A stretch of DNA of 64,000 nt, taken from an uncultured Chloroflexia bacterium (lineage in GTDB: Bacteria > Chloroflexota > Chloroflexia > Thermomicrobiales > UBA6265). Position 1 is the first letter of the stretch; every line of letters starts with the position of its first letter. Where the stretch lies: the NCBI GenBank assembly GCA_963724295.1, contig CAVRUC010000009.1, positions 128,001-192,000 on the forward strand, given 5' to 3'. The notes beneath the pieces are model-generated. The model had not been told where the DNA came from. It saw only the letters and a list, made by a program, of their open reading frames with translations, and made no database searches. Made by a program: the position numbers and the translations under genes. Positions 20,890-29,994 of this stretch are shown here, piece by piece.

Positions 20890-23124
20890 ATGGCTGTTCC
20901 GCTCACCACGAAAGCTGCCGCCGCGCGCTACCGCGCACTATTTCAGTCGGCGGCTGACCCGATTCTTGTGGTCGACGAGAACGGGCACTACCGCGACGCC
21001 AACCCGGCCGCCCTCTCCCTCCTCGGCTACACCCTTGAGGAATTGCTGCAGTTACATATCAGTGACGTCTCCGCGCAGGACCCAGGGGTTCTCCAGTCCC
21101 GGTACGCCGACCTGCAACGAGACCGCGGGTGGCGAGGGGAGTCGGTGTTGCGGCGAAAAGACGGCTCGGTCTTCACGGTCGAGGTCCGGGCCTCCCAGGC
21201 GGTGCTCCCGGAGGGCACGCTCTACTTCGCCGCCCTCCGCGACGTCACCGCGCGTAAGCGCATGGAAGCGCAGCTCCGCGAGAGCGAAGCACGCCTAGGT
21301 GCGCTCCTGGAGCAAGTCCCCGTCGGCATCGGCCTGATCGACTCCAATGGCCGGTGGGTGCTGGCCAACGCGCTGACAGGTCGGTTTGTGGAGCACGTCA
21401 TTCCCTCGCGCAACCCGAGCCAGATGGCGCGCTGGCGAACATGGGATGCGGACGGACGCCTCATCGAGCCGTCCCAGTGGCCGGGAGCCAGGGCACTGAG
21501 CGGAGAGCACGTCCCGGGTATGGACTTCCTCTTCACCGCCGAGAGCGGGGAGGAGCTCTGGACGCGGGTCAGTGCCGCACCATTCCACAACGAGGCGAGT
21601 GAGTTGGTGGGTGCCATCTATGTCATTCAGGACATCGATGCGCGCAAACGGGCGGGGATCGCGCTACGGGAAAGTGAAGAGCGCTACCGGACTCTCGTCC
21701 ATGCCACGGCGACCTCGGTCTGGCGTATGAGCGGGGATGGCGAGTTGCTACTCGACGCGCAAGGCGGTCTGGTCCAACCCTACGACCTAGCACGCGGACC
21801 CACTGCGGGGTGGCTCACCATGTACACCCACCCTGAGGATCAAATGGCCACACTCGCGGCGTGGCGGCACGCCCTGGCGACCCGCAGCCTCTACGACCAC
21901 GAGCAACGAGTGCGGTCCCAGGACGGAAGCTACCGCTGGGTGCATGGCCGCGCTGCGCCCGTCCTCGATGAGCTGGGTGAGGTGCGGGAGTGGATCGGCA
22001 CCTCCACTGACATCACGGAACGCAAGCGGCTGGAGCAGTTGCGGCAAGACGTTCTGGCGATCGTCAGCCACGACCTGCGCAACCCTCTGGCGGTCGTCAG
22101 CATGCGGGCGCAGCTGATGCAGAGCCGGCAGGCCTACGACGAAGCCGGCATCGAGATGATTCGGGAGCAGACGCGCCTGATCGCACAGCTGGTCGATGAA
22201 CTGGGCAACGCCGTCCGGTTGGAAGGTGGACAACTGGAGCTGCAGACGGAAGCGCTCGATCTGCGCACAGTGGCACAAGAGTCGGCGGAGCGGGCACAGG
22301 TCCAGACCGATCGCCATCAGATCCGCGTCGAGATGCCTGAGACACCGGTGATCGGCGTCTGGGATCGGGTGCGCCTCGGGGAGATCATCGACAACCTTGT
22401 GGGCAATGCCATCAAGTACTCCCCGAAGGGCGGGGAGGTTCTCGTGCAGGTGGCGGCAGTTGGTGAAGAAGCGCGGCTGCGCGTGGTCGATCAGGGTACT
22501 GGCATTGCCGAAGAGGCGCTGCCGCGGATCTTCGAGCGGTTCCACCGCGCCGATACAATGGGAACTCCAGGGCTGGGCCTGGGCCTCTACATCGCCCGCA
22601 TGCTGGCGGAGGCGCATGGCGGTCGCATCCAGGTGGCGTCGGCACCCGGCGAAGGGAGCACCTTCACGGTCTGGCTCCCTCTCGGTAGTGGCTCCGAACT
22701 CACCAGCGCTCCGGTAGCGACAGCCCCTGTGCCCAGGGGAACGACCGAGTCGTCAATTCGCGTCCTGATCGCGGACGATCACGCCATGGTTCGTGAAGGG
22801 CTCCGCCTGCTGCTCACCCACGATCCGGCGATCGAAGTTGTGGGTGAAACCGCCACCGGTCGCGAGGCAGTGCGCCTCGCGCACGTCCTGCAGCCGGATG
22901 TGGTGCTCATGGATTTGCTCATGCCGGAGATGGATGGTCTCACCGCCACCATGGCCATCCGTGCGGAATTGCCCGAGACCCAGGTCCTCATCGTCTCTGG
23001 CATTCCGGGTGAGCCCCGCGGCGCCGAGGCGCTGCGCGCCGGAGCGATCGGTTACCTGCGTAAGGATGTGGATGCGGAGGAGCTGCGTCGCGCGGTGCGA
23101 GCCGCGCCTGCAGGCCGGGGGTAA
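20890..23124 (+). CDS. PAS-PAS-PAS histidine kinase with C-terminal receiver domain
   Basis: Three PAS/PAC repeats, SHDLRNPL H-box, NLVGNAIKY, DQGTG and GLGLGL, followed by an IRVLIADDH receiver. Confidence 0.92.
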   Translation: MAVPLTTKAAAARYRALFQSAADPILVVDENGHYRDANPAALSLLGYTLEELLQLHISDVSAQDPGVLQSRYADLQRDRGWRGESVLRRKDGSVFTVEVRASQAVLPEGTLYFAALRDVTARKRMEAQLRESEARLGALLEQVPVGIGLIDSNGRWVLANALTGRFVEHVIPSRNPSQMARWRTWDADGRLIEPSQWPGARALSGEHVPGMDFLFTAESGEELWTRVSAAPFHNEASELVGAIYVIQDIDARKRAGIALRESEERYRTLVHATATSVWRMSGDGELLLDAQGGLVQPYDLARGPTAGWLTMYTHPEDQMATLAAWRHALATRSLYDHEQRVRSQDGSYRWVHGRAAPVLDELGEVREWIGTSTDITERKRLEQLRQDVLAIVSHDLRNPLAVVSMRAQLMQSRQAYDEAGIEMIREQTRLIAQLVDELGNAVRLEGGQLELQTEALDLRTVAQESAERAQVQTDRHQIRVEMPETPVIGVWDRVRLGEIIDNLVGNAIKYSPKGGEVLVQVAAVGEEARLRVVDQGTGIAEEALPRIFERFHRADTMGTPGLGLGLYIARMLAEAHGGRIQVASAPGEGSTFTVWLPLGSGSELTSAPVATAPVPRGTTESSIRVLIADDHAMVREGLRLLLTHDPAIEVVGETATGREAVRLAHVLQPDVVLMDLLMPEMDGLTATMAIRAELPETQVLIVSGIPGEPRGAEALRAGAIGYLRKDVDAEELRRAVRAAPAGRG

Positions 23125-23298
23125 CAAGCGGCCTGAACGGCAGCGCTCAGTCCCCGCGGTGGACCACCTTGGCGTCCACATCGCACACGAATTCAGGGTA
23201 ATGCCCGACGCTGCCTAAGCAAAATAGCATTTCGCAGTCGTGAGTAAAGTTTCCAGAACCTCGTCCTGGTTCTGCATCTCCGTTGGACGGATCACAAC

Positions 23299-23650
23299 CT
23301 AGTGGTGCGTCGAGGCTGAAGCACTGGGTAGAGGCGCTTGAGCTTTGTGCGGGCGTCGGCAGTGGTGAAGCGCCAATTGAGGGCGGTCGTGCTGATGTTG
23401 CGGCGCGCCGCCCAGTCTGACGCCGCAGCCGCCAGAGCCGTGCGGCCGTCGAACCGCTGCCAGTGGATCTCCAGCCGGTCCGCCAAGCGTTTGGCCTCCG
23501 CCGGTGGGAACACGGCGTAGAACGAGGCGGGGGAATCGGTGTTCAGTTCGTCCAACACGAGGACGATCCGCTCGGCGTCGGGAAACTGCACATCGGCCAG
23601 GTGCCGAACGACGTGGGCGAAGTCGCGGAGTGCTCGTTGCTTGCTGGCCC
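23299..23650 (-). mobile_element. IS630-family transposase remnant (3' part with internal deletion) and right end
   Basis: DFAHVVRHLADVQFPDAERIVLVLDELNT..RLEIH, then WRFTTADARTKLKRLYP. The expected TPKHGSWLNxxE segment is missing. The element ends CACTAG. Confidence 0.8.
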
Positions 23651-23653
23651 TCG

Positions 23654-26554
23654 TCAGGGACGGTCTGAGAGCGCAACCTGCACAGCGGCGTCGAGCGACA
23701 GCGCGCGTCCGGAGTCCCAGGCCCCGGTGAACGCCTCTTCACCCAACGCGGCGCGGATCGCGCCGAGGTCGGCGTTGAGATTGGTGGCCTCGTGAAACTC
23801 TTCCGGGGAATCGGGTTCCTCGCCGGCGTTCAAAGCGGAGGCGGCGCCAAGGAGTTTCGCCGCACTCTCGAACTGCCCCACACGCGCCATCACGCCACCA
23901 AGTCCAAGGAAAACCTGGGCGACTCCCCGGTGATCGCCGGCAGCCGCGAACTCGCCAAGCCCATCCCGGTAGCGATCGATTGCCAGGGGAAGATCGCCGC
24001 TGTCCCGCAGGGCGTTGGCCAGATTGAGCGCGGCGACCGGCGCGGAGCGGCGGTCGCCAACCGCCTGGAAGAGCAACCGGCTCTCTTCGAGCAGCGCAAC
24101 CGCACGGGGAGCATCTCCCTGGAGGTGAGTTGCCACTGCCATATTGACCTGCGCACCTGCGGCGCCCCACCGATCTCCGGCATCGCGATAGAGGCCGAGG
24201 CTCTCCGCGAAGAGTTGACAGGCGCGGTCAAAGTCATCTCGGGCGAAGGCGACGCCGGCCAGATTGTTCAACGTACGCGCGATCTCAGAGCCGCTCCCCG
24301 CCTGCCGGCGCAAAGCGAGACTTTCTTGATAGAGCGGTTCCGCGCGGTCGAGATCGCCGCGTTCGTAGGCCACGATGCCGAGGTCGTTGAGCGCGGTGGC
24401 GACCAGCAGCTGATCGTCAACCTCTCGCGCCAGTGCCAGGCTCTCCTCGAGAAGCGCCGTCGCCTGATCGGCGTCGCCGCGATCGAAGGCAACCACCCCG
24501 AGATTGCCGAGGGCGCGGGCGATTCCGGTCTTGTCGCCGCGATCGCGCGAGAGGGTCAACGACTCCTGGTGGAGCGCTTCCGCGCGGTCGTAGTCGCCCT
24601 GGGCCTCCGCCAGGACTCCGGCGCCGTCGAGCGCCGAGGCACGCGCTGCTGATGCCTCCGACCCGGCGACGGACAGCGCCGTTTCGAGCTGCTCGCGTCC
24701 CTCGGCGACATGGCCGCGAAGCCACCAGAACCGCCACAACGACGACGCGAGTGTCAGCGCTCGATCGCCATCCCCCTGGCTGCGCAGCCAGTCCAGCGCT
24801 CCTCGTACGTTGTCGTGATCGCTTTCGAGACGGTCCAACCAGGAGACGGCAGAGGGTCCGGGTAGTTGCGGTTCTGCTGTCCTCGCCAACCCCAGGAACC
24901 ACGAGGCATGAGCCTCCTTGGTCCGGGCAAGCTCTTCGCTGGCGACCAATTGCTCGGCGGCGAACTCCCGGATCGTCTGGAGCATGGCGAAGCGAGGCTC
25001 GGCCCCCGCATCGGATTCGACCGGCTCCTGGAGACGAATCAGACTCGTATCGTGGAGTGCGTCGAGGCCATCGAAGACGGGGAGCGGCGGATCGCCCCCC
25101 AGGCCCGTCACCGTCTCTGCCGCATCGAGCGTCCAGCCGCCAGCGAACACCGCCAGGCGCCGGAAGAAGGTTTGCTGCGCTGGATCGAGGAGATCATGAC
25201 TCCAGGCGATGGCCCCTCGCAGCGTCTGCTGTCGCTCCGGAAGGTCCCGGCTGCCTCCGGTGAGGAGCGTCAGCCGGCTGTCGAGTCGCCCCAGGATTGC
25301 TTTCGGCGGCAGGAGTCGCACGCGTGACGCCGCCAGCTCGATGGCGAGCGGGAGGCCATCGAGGCGCCGGCTGATAGCGACAATCGTTTCCGCGTTGTCT
25401 TCCGTCAGCTCGAAGTGGTGCTGCACGGCGCGAGCGCGATCGACGAAGAGGCGGACCGCCTCCGAGGCCAGCGCGTCATCGAGGCGCAGCGGGCGGTCAG
25501 TGGATGGGAGCGCCAGGGGCGGAACGGGAAGCTCGAATTCGCCGGAGATGTGGAGCGGTGCCCGGCTGGTGACCAGAACCTGGATGTCAGGACAATGGGA
25601 GAGGAGGTCGGCGATGAGTGGCGCCCCGTCGGCGACGTGCTCGAAGTTATCGAGCACCAGGAGCAGTCGTCTCGGTCGCAGAAAGGCCCGCAGAGACGAC
25701 TCAATCGGCTCGGCGGTGGATTCACGAACGCCGAGCGCGCCGGCGATGGTGGAGGCAACCATCGTTGCGGAGGCGACCGGCGCCAGCGGGACGAACCAGA
25801 CGCCATCGGCGTACTCGCCAACCAGGTCGGAGGCCACTCGCAGCGCCACGCGGGTCTTGCCGGTGCCACCGGGTCCGGTGAGCGTCAGCAGGCGCACGGC
25901 TGGCTGTTCCAGCCGGCCGCGGATCTCCGCCGCCAACTCTTCGCGACCGATGAACGGCGTTAGCTGAGGAGGCAGATTGTGCGTTTGCCGATCCAGACTC
26001 TTGAGCGGCGGAAAGTCGGTGGGTAAACCAGGAGCGGTGAGCTGAAAAACGTGCTCGACTTCGCTCAGGTCGCGCAATCGATGCTCGCCAAGATCGATGA
26101 ACTGGATGGGCTCCTTCACGGATGAGAGGTCGCGCACCAGTTGCCGAGTTGCCTCGGACAGCAGAATCTGGCCGCCTGCGCCAGCGGCTACCAGCCGGGC
26201 GAGACGATTGAGCGCCGGAGCAAGGTAGTCACCATCGCGCGGTGTCGCGGCGCCCGTGTGCAGGGCCATGCGGACTCGGACCGGACCGATGGCGCCCCAA
26301 TCTTCAGCGATCAGGGCGCGCTGGGCGGCAATCGCGGCCAGCACCGCGTCCAGCGCCGAGGGAAAGGCGGCGTAGACGGCGTCGCCTACGGTCTTGAAGC
26401 GGACCCCATTGTGGGTGTGAATCGCGTCGTCGAGAAGGTCGAAGTGGCGCTCAATGGCGGCGCGCGTCACGACTGAGTTCTGCTCCCAGCGCCGGGTGCT
26501 CCCCTCGACGTCGGTGAACAGGAAGGTGACAGTGCCGCTAGGGAAGTCGCGCAT
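23654..26554 (-). CDS. Class III adenylate/guanylate cyclase - STAND NTPase - TPR protein (paralog 1)
   Basis: FTDVEGST, FKTVGDA and LNRLAR in the cyclase; GPGGTGKT, LLVLDNFE and GLPLAIELAA in the NTPase; many ALNNLG-type TPRs. Confidence 0.93.
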   Translation of the reverse strand: MRDFPSGTVTFLFTDVEGSTRRWEQNSVVTRAAIERHFDLLDDAIHTHNGVRFKTVGDAVYAAFPSALDAVLAAIAAQRALIAEDWGAIGPVRVRMALHTGAATPRDGDYLAPALNRLARLVAAGAGGQILLSEATRQLVRDLSSVKEPIQFIDLGEHRLRDLSEVEHVFQLTAPGLPTDFPPLKSLDRQTHNLPPQLTPFIGREELAAEIRGRLEQPAVRLLTLTGPGGTGKTRVALRVASDLVGEYADGVWFVPLAPVASATMVASTIAGALGVRESTAEPIESSLRAFLRPRRLLLVLDNFEHVADGAPLIADLLSHCPDIQVLVTSRAPLHISGEFELPVPPLALPSTDRPLRLDDALASEAVRLFVDRARAVQHHFELTEDNAETIVAISRRLDGLPLAIELAASRVRLLPPKAILGRLDSRLTLLTGGSRDLPERQQTLRGAIAWSHDLLDPAQQTFFRRLAVFAGGWTLDAAETVTGLGGDPPLPVFDGLDALHDTSLIRLQEPVESDAGAEPRFAMLQTIREFAAEQLVASEELARTKEAHASWFLGLARTAEPQLPGPSAVSWLDRLESDHDNVRGALDWLRSQGDGDRALTLASSLWRFWWLRGHVAEGREQLETALSVAGSEASAARASALDGAGVLAEAQGDYDRAEALHQESLTLSRDRGDKTGIARALGNLGVVAFDRGDADQATALLEESLALAREVDDQLLVATALNDLGIVAYERGDLDRAEPLYQESLALRRQAGSGSEIARTLNNLAGVAFARDDFDRACQLFAESLGLYRDAGDRWGAAGAQVNMAVATHLQGDAPRAVALLEESRLLFQAVGDRRSAPVAALNLANALRDSGDLPLAIDRYRDGLGEFAAAGDHRGVAQVFLGLGGVMARVGQFESAAKLLGAASALNAGEEPDSPEEFHEATNLNADLGAIRAALGEEAFTGAWDSGRALSLDAAVQVALSDRP

Positions 26555-26727
26555 CGAGACCGATATGGTTCCCTGGAACCGTTCCGCGGTGACTCACTGG
26601 GGATCCTCCTCGCGATGCTAGCACGCGGCGCAGGTCGCGTGAGCCGGCCGCGATGACTTGCGGTACCGTACGGACCCGGCGAGGTGAGGCTGGTCTATAA
26701 CCGCGAACACGATCGAAGGAGGCGCTG

Positions 26728-27312
26728 ATGGCATCTGGATTGGGACTGGTCGACCGTCGCATGGCGATCGGAGGAGCGCTCGTTGGCGCGGTCGGGTTGG
26801 CGCTGCCCAGCCGCCAGAGCAGAATCCTGACCCAACGCGGCATGGTTGGCGGCGGGTTGGTGCAATTCGAGCAGGGGGAGGCGAATTTCTCGCTGTTTGT
26901 ATCACGGCTGATTTTTTCGGAAGATGATGCCGAAGTGGTCGTCGGCAGCGTTATTTGGGTCGATGAAGAGGAGGGGCGCACCCTGAGGAGCACCGCGATC
27001 ACCGAATACATCGTGCCAGAGGTGCAGCCGGAGCAAGGGGTCCTGCGGCAGATTCGCGGGACCATGAGCGTCGACGAGGAGGGCGAGTATCCATTTGAGC
27101 TCGAGGTCACCGATGTGGATCTGCCGGGGTCCGCGCAGGACACGGTCGTTCTCAACGTGGGTGACGGCACCCGCACGAGCGAAAACGCGACGCCGGTCAG
27201 CGGCGCTGGATTCAGCTACATGGCCAGCGGAATGGTGGCCACCGGCGACATCCAGGAGCTCGACGTCGAGATCGACCTGGAGACCGGAGCCGTCCAGCCG
27301 GCGGAAGATTGA
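26728..27312 (+). CDS. Uncharacterised exported beta-rich protein (paralog of 41697-42260)
   Basis: GGAGG RBS and DRR + hydrophobic leader; QRGMVGGG..ANFSLF..GEYPF..D..PGSAQD..GDIQ. Confidence 0.75.
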   Translation: MASGLGLVDRRMAIGGALVGAVGLALPSRQSRILTQRGMVGGGLVQFEQGEANFSLFVSRLIFSEDDAEVVVGSVIWVDEEEGRTLRSTAITEYIVPEVQPEQGVLRQIRGTMSVDEEGEYPFELEVTDVDLPGSAQDTVVLNVGDGTRTSENATPVSGAGFSYMASGMVATGDIQELDVEIDLETGAVQPAED

Positions 27313-27324
27313 CCGCGGCGCGGC

Positions 27325-27759
27325 TCACAGAAACTTGAGGATGTGGGTAGCGACCGCCACCACATCCCCGTGCTGGTTGGTCGCCGTCACCGCGGCTGTG
27401 GTTGTGGCCCGCGGCGCATCAGTGGCGACGATCTCGTAGGTGACCGTCACCGTATCGCCGACCCGCACCGGCTTGACGAAGCGGATCCGGTCGTAGCCGT
27501 AGGAGACGGCGGGGCGCGGCGACGTCGCGTGGTCGAGCGCCCTCGTGGAGCAGGTCGACATCAGCCCGACCACCAGCACGCCGTGGGCGATGATCCCGCC
27601 GTACGGGGTGGTCTTCATGTACTCGGCGTTGACATGGTTGGGGCTGAAATCGCCCGTGATCCCGGCGAAGAGATAGATGTCCGACTCGCCGATCGTCTTG
27701 GCGAACTCCACCCGCGTCCCGATCGGAATCAGAGCATTGTCTGCAGAGGGATCACACAT
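27325..27759 (-). CDS. MaoC family dehydratase
   Basis: FAGITGDFSPNH, IAHG and RFVKPVRVGDTV motifs. Start approximate. Confidence 0.88.
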   Translation of the reverse strand: MCDPSADNALIPIGTRVEFAKTIGESDIYLFAGITGDFSPNHVNAEYMKTTPYGGIIAHGVLVVGLMSTCSTRALDHATSPRPAVSYGYDRIRFVKPVRVGDTVTVTYEIVATDAPRATTTAAVTATNQHGDVVAVATHILKFL

Positions 27760-27823
27760 CGGGTATATCCCCAGTCCCGCACCTCGTGATCCGGTCATTG
27801 TTAAGGCTGTGACCGGAACAGCG

Positions 27824-27910
27824 TGTCATTCTGAGCCCACGGGCGAAGATTTTCGGTGCACCGAAACGTCGGCCATTCATGGCCGAGATGCTTCGTTCTT
27901 CAGCATGACA
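27824..27910. repeat. Palindromic repeat family, diverged copy
   Basis: tgtcattctgag..gaagat ... gagatgcttcg..cagcatgaca with terminal inverted arms. Confidence 0.65.
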
Positions 27911-28122
27911 CCATTCCGGGGGCAGTGCATGTGACTTGGCGCGAGTTTCTGGGTACCTCACTGATTCCCTGCGCGGGGTTACTTGACGCCCTCTTCACAT
28001 GGGGATAATGTGCGACGAGCACTCGGGTCTCCTCAGGTGAGAGCCGCAATGTGCCCTCGCGTCGCCAGCGACGCATCGCGCCGGCCGGTTTGCCTTCCAT
28101 ATCGAGAAGCGGAGGACGTGCC

Positions 28123-28989
28123 GTGGATCATCAGTTCGACGTTCTGACACGCGTTTTTGCCACGTGTACCTCACGTCGCCGAGCGGTCGCACTCCTGGCC
28201 GCCATGGCCGTGGCCGGCAGCCGCCCGACACGTGCTTCCGCCGCGCAGGGCGAGGCCTCGATGTGTGAGGCGGGGCTCACCGACTGCGGCGGCGTCTGCG
28301 TCGACCTCCAGTCGGATATGAACAACTGTGGGGCGTGCGGCGAGGTGTGCGAGAGTGATCTCGTCCCGGTTGAGTGCCGGAGCGGAGTCTGCGAGCGCGC
28401 AAACTGCCCCGTTGGTGTGGAGTATTGCGGTGCTGTCGATGGCTGCCGCGACCTCTCATCAGATCCCGAACACTGTGGAGCCTGTCAACAGCCCTGCGCC
28501 AGCGGTGTCTGCAGCGGAGGCGTTTGCGATACGGGTGGATACGCCTGCGGCGAGGGTCAGACCGATTGTGGCGGCGTCTGCGTCGATACGTGCTGTAACA
28601 ATTCCCATTGCGGAACGTGCGGCAACGTCTGTCCTCCCAATACGTCGTGCTTCGAGGGCATCTGTGGGTGTCCCAGTGGCCTGTGCTGCGCCGAAGGCGA
28701 GGTGAACTGCAATGGCACGTGCGTCTCGACCTGCTGCGACAACAACAACTGCGGCGCCTGCGGCAATGTCTGTACGGGCGGTCTGACCTGCTTCGAGGGT
28801 GTCTGCGATTGCCCGAGCGGTAATTGCCCGCCGGTGAAGCTGCCCAACACGGGTCGAGGCGGGACCGACAACGAGATGGGTCAGAATCGATGGGTAGCGG
28901 CGGCGATGGCCGGCGCCGCCGCGGTGTCGGCCATGTTGTGGCGACACAGCGCTCGGCACGAAGCCGTACCAGGCAGCGACGACAGCTAA
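28123..28989 (+). CDS. Tat-exported cysteine-rich repeat protein with LPxTG-like sorting signal
   Basis: GGAGGA RBS and GTG start; FDVLTR..SRRR leader; repeated CGGVCVD..NNCGACG..C units; LPNTG, a hydrophobic stretch and a WRH..R tail. Confidence 0.85.
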   Translation: MDHQFDVLTRVFATCTSRRRAVALLAAMAVAGSRPTRASAAQGEASMCEAGLTDCGGVCVDLQSDMNNCGACGEVCESDLVPVECRSGVCERANCPVGVEYCGAVDGCRDLSSDPEHCGACQQPCASGVCSGGVCDTGGYACGEGQTDCGGVCVDTCCNNSHCGTCGNVCPPNTSCFEGICGCPSGLCCAEGEVNCNGTCVSTCCDNNNCGACGNVCTGGLTCFEGVCDCPSGNCPPVKLPNTGRGGTDNEMGQNRWVAAAMAGAAAVSAMLWRHSARHEAVPGSDDS

Positions 28990-29058
28990 GAGAGCAACTG
29001 GAGAGACGAACGGGTTGTCGGGGGGCAGGTCAGGTCGCTCACGTGACCTGCCAGCGGG

Positions 29059-29994
29059 CTAGCGCCGACGTGCCAGCGCGACCGCAATGACGATGATGGC
29101 GCCGCGGATGATGATCTGCTGACTGGTCTCCAGACCCATCAGAATCAGCCCATTGTTGACGACGCCAATGAGCAGGGCTCCCAGCACCGAGCCGATGACC
29201 GATCCGGACCCGCCGAAGAGACTCGTGCCCCCCAGGACCACGGCGGCGATTACTGAGAGCTCGTCACCTTCACCCCACTGGAAGCGACCCGATTGCAACC
29301 GGCCGGCATAGAGCATCCCCGCCAGGGCGGCTACACCTCCGGAAACGGTGAGGACGAGAAACCCGATACGCCGCGTGTTTACGCCGCTGAAACGAGCAGC
29401 CTGTTCGTTGCCGCCGGTGGCCAGTACCTGACGCCCATAGGGCGTCTTTCGCAATACAACATAGCCGATGGCCGTGACAACCCCGATCCAGATGAGCAGC
29501 GCGGGAATCGGACCGACCTGCCCGGAACCGAAGATGTTGTTGTAGATCTGATTCGCGATGGGAACGGGAGCAGTGCCGGTGATCCACATAGCCGACCCGC
29601 GGGCCACGCCCATCATCCCCAACGTGACCAGAAACGACGGGATGACCAATAGTGTCGTGAGCAAGCCATTGACCGCCCCGACCACCAGCCCAGTGAGCAA
29701 CCCGACGAGGACTCCGGCTAGCGGGCCGTAACTGGCGATCGTCAACGCCGTCGTGACGGAGCTCAGTCCGGCAATGGCGCCAACGGAGAGATCGATCTGA
29801 CCGGCGGCGATGACGAAGGTCATGGCTACGGCCATCGTCGCGATGATCGCGGTCTGACGGACGATGTTCAGTAGATTGTTGGGGTTTGTGAAACCCGCGT
29901 CACGCAGGGTCACGGCGAAGAAGAGGAACAACGCAACGAAGCCGATGTAGACCAGATATTGGCGCCAATCGACGTTGAGGTTTCGCTGATCACG
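29059..29994 (-). CDS. Sugar ABC transporter permease (RbsC-like); start unresolved
   Basis: IDLSVG, IPSFLVTLG, GGNEQAARFSGV and IAAVVLGGTSLFGG. The natural overlapping GTG is out of frame, suggesting an indel. Confidence 0.88.
   Translation of the reverse strand, partial: RDQRNLNVDWRQYLVYIGFVALFLFFAVTLRDAGFTNPNNLLNIVRQTAIIATMAVAMTFVIAAGQIDLSVGAIAGLSSVTTALTIASYGPLAGVLVGLLTGLVVGAVNGLLTTLLVIPSFLVTLGMMGVARGSAMWITGTAPVPIANQIYNNIFGSGQVGPIPALLIWIGVVTAIGYVVLRKTPYGRQVLATGGNEQAARFSGVNTRRIGFLVLTVSGGVAALAGMLYAGRLQSGRFQWGEGDELSVIAAVVLGGTSLFGGSGSVIGSVLGALLIGVVNNGLILMGLETSQQIIIRGAIIVIAVALARRR

Noticed and set aside
19310..23650. Composite transposon carrying the two-component pair
   Set aside because: The flanking remnants belong to different IS families (IS5 and IS630), both are decayed, and no shared target duplication is visible.
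23654..26554. Avs-type anti-phage STAND defence system
   Set aside because: The architecture matches regulatory cyclase/AfsR-like STAND proteins. There is no nuclease, TIR, SIR2 or other toxic effector and no defence-island context. A defence role is not excluded but is unsupported.
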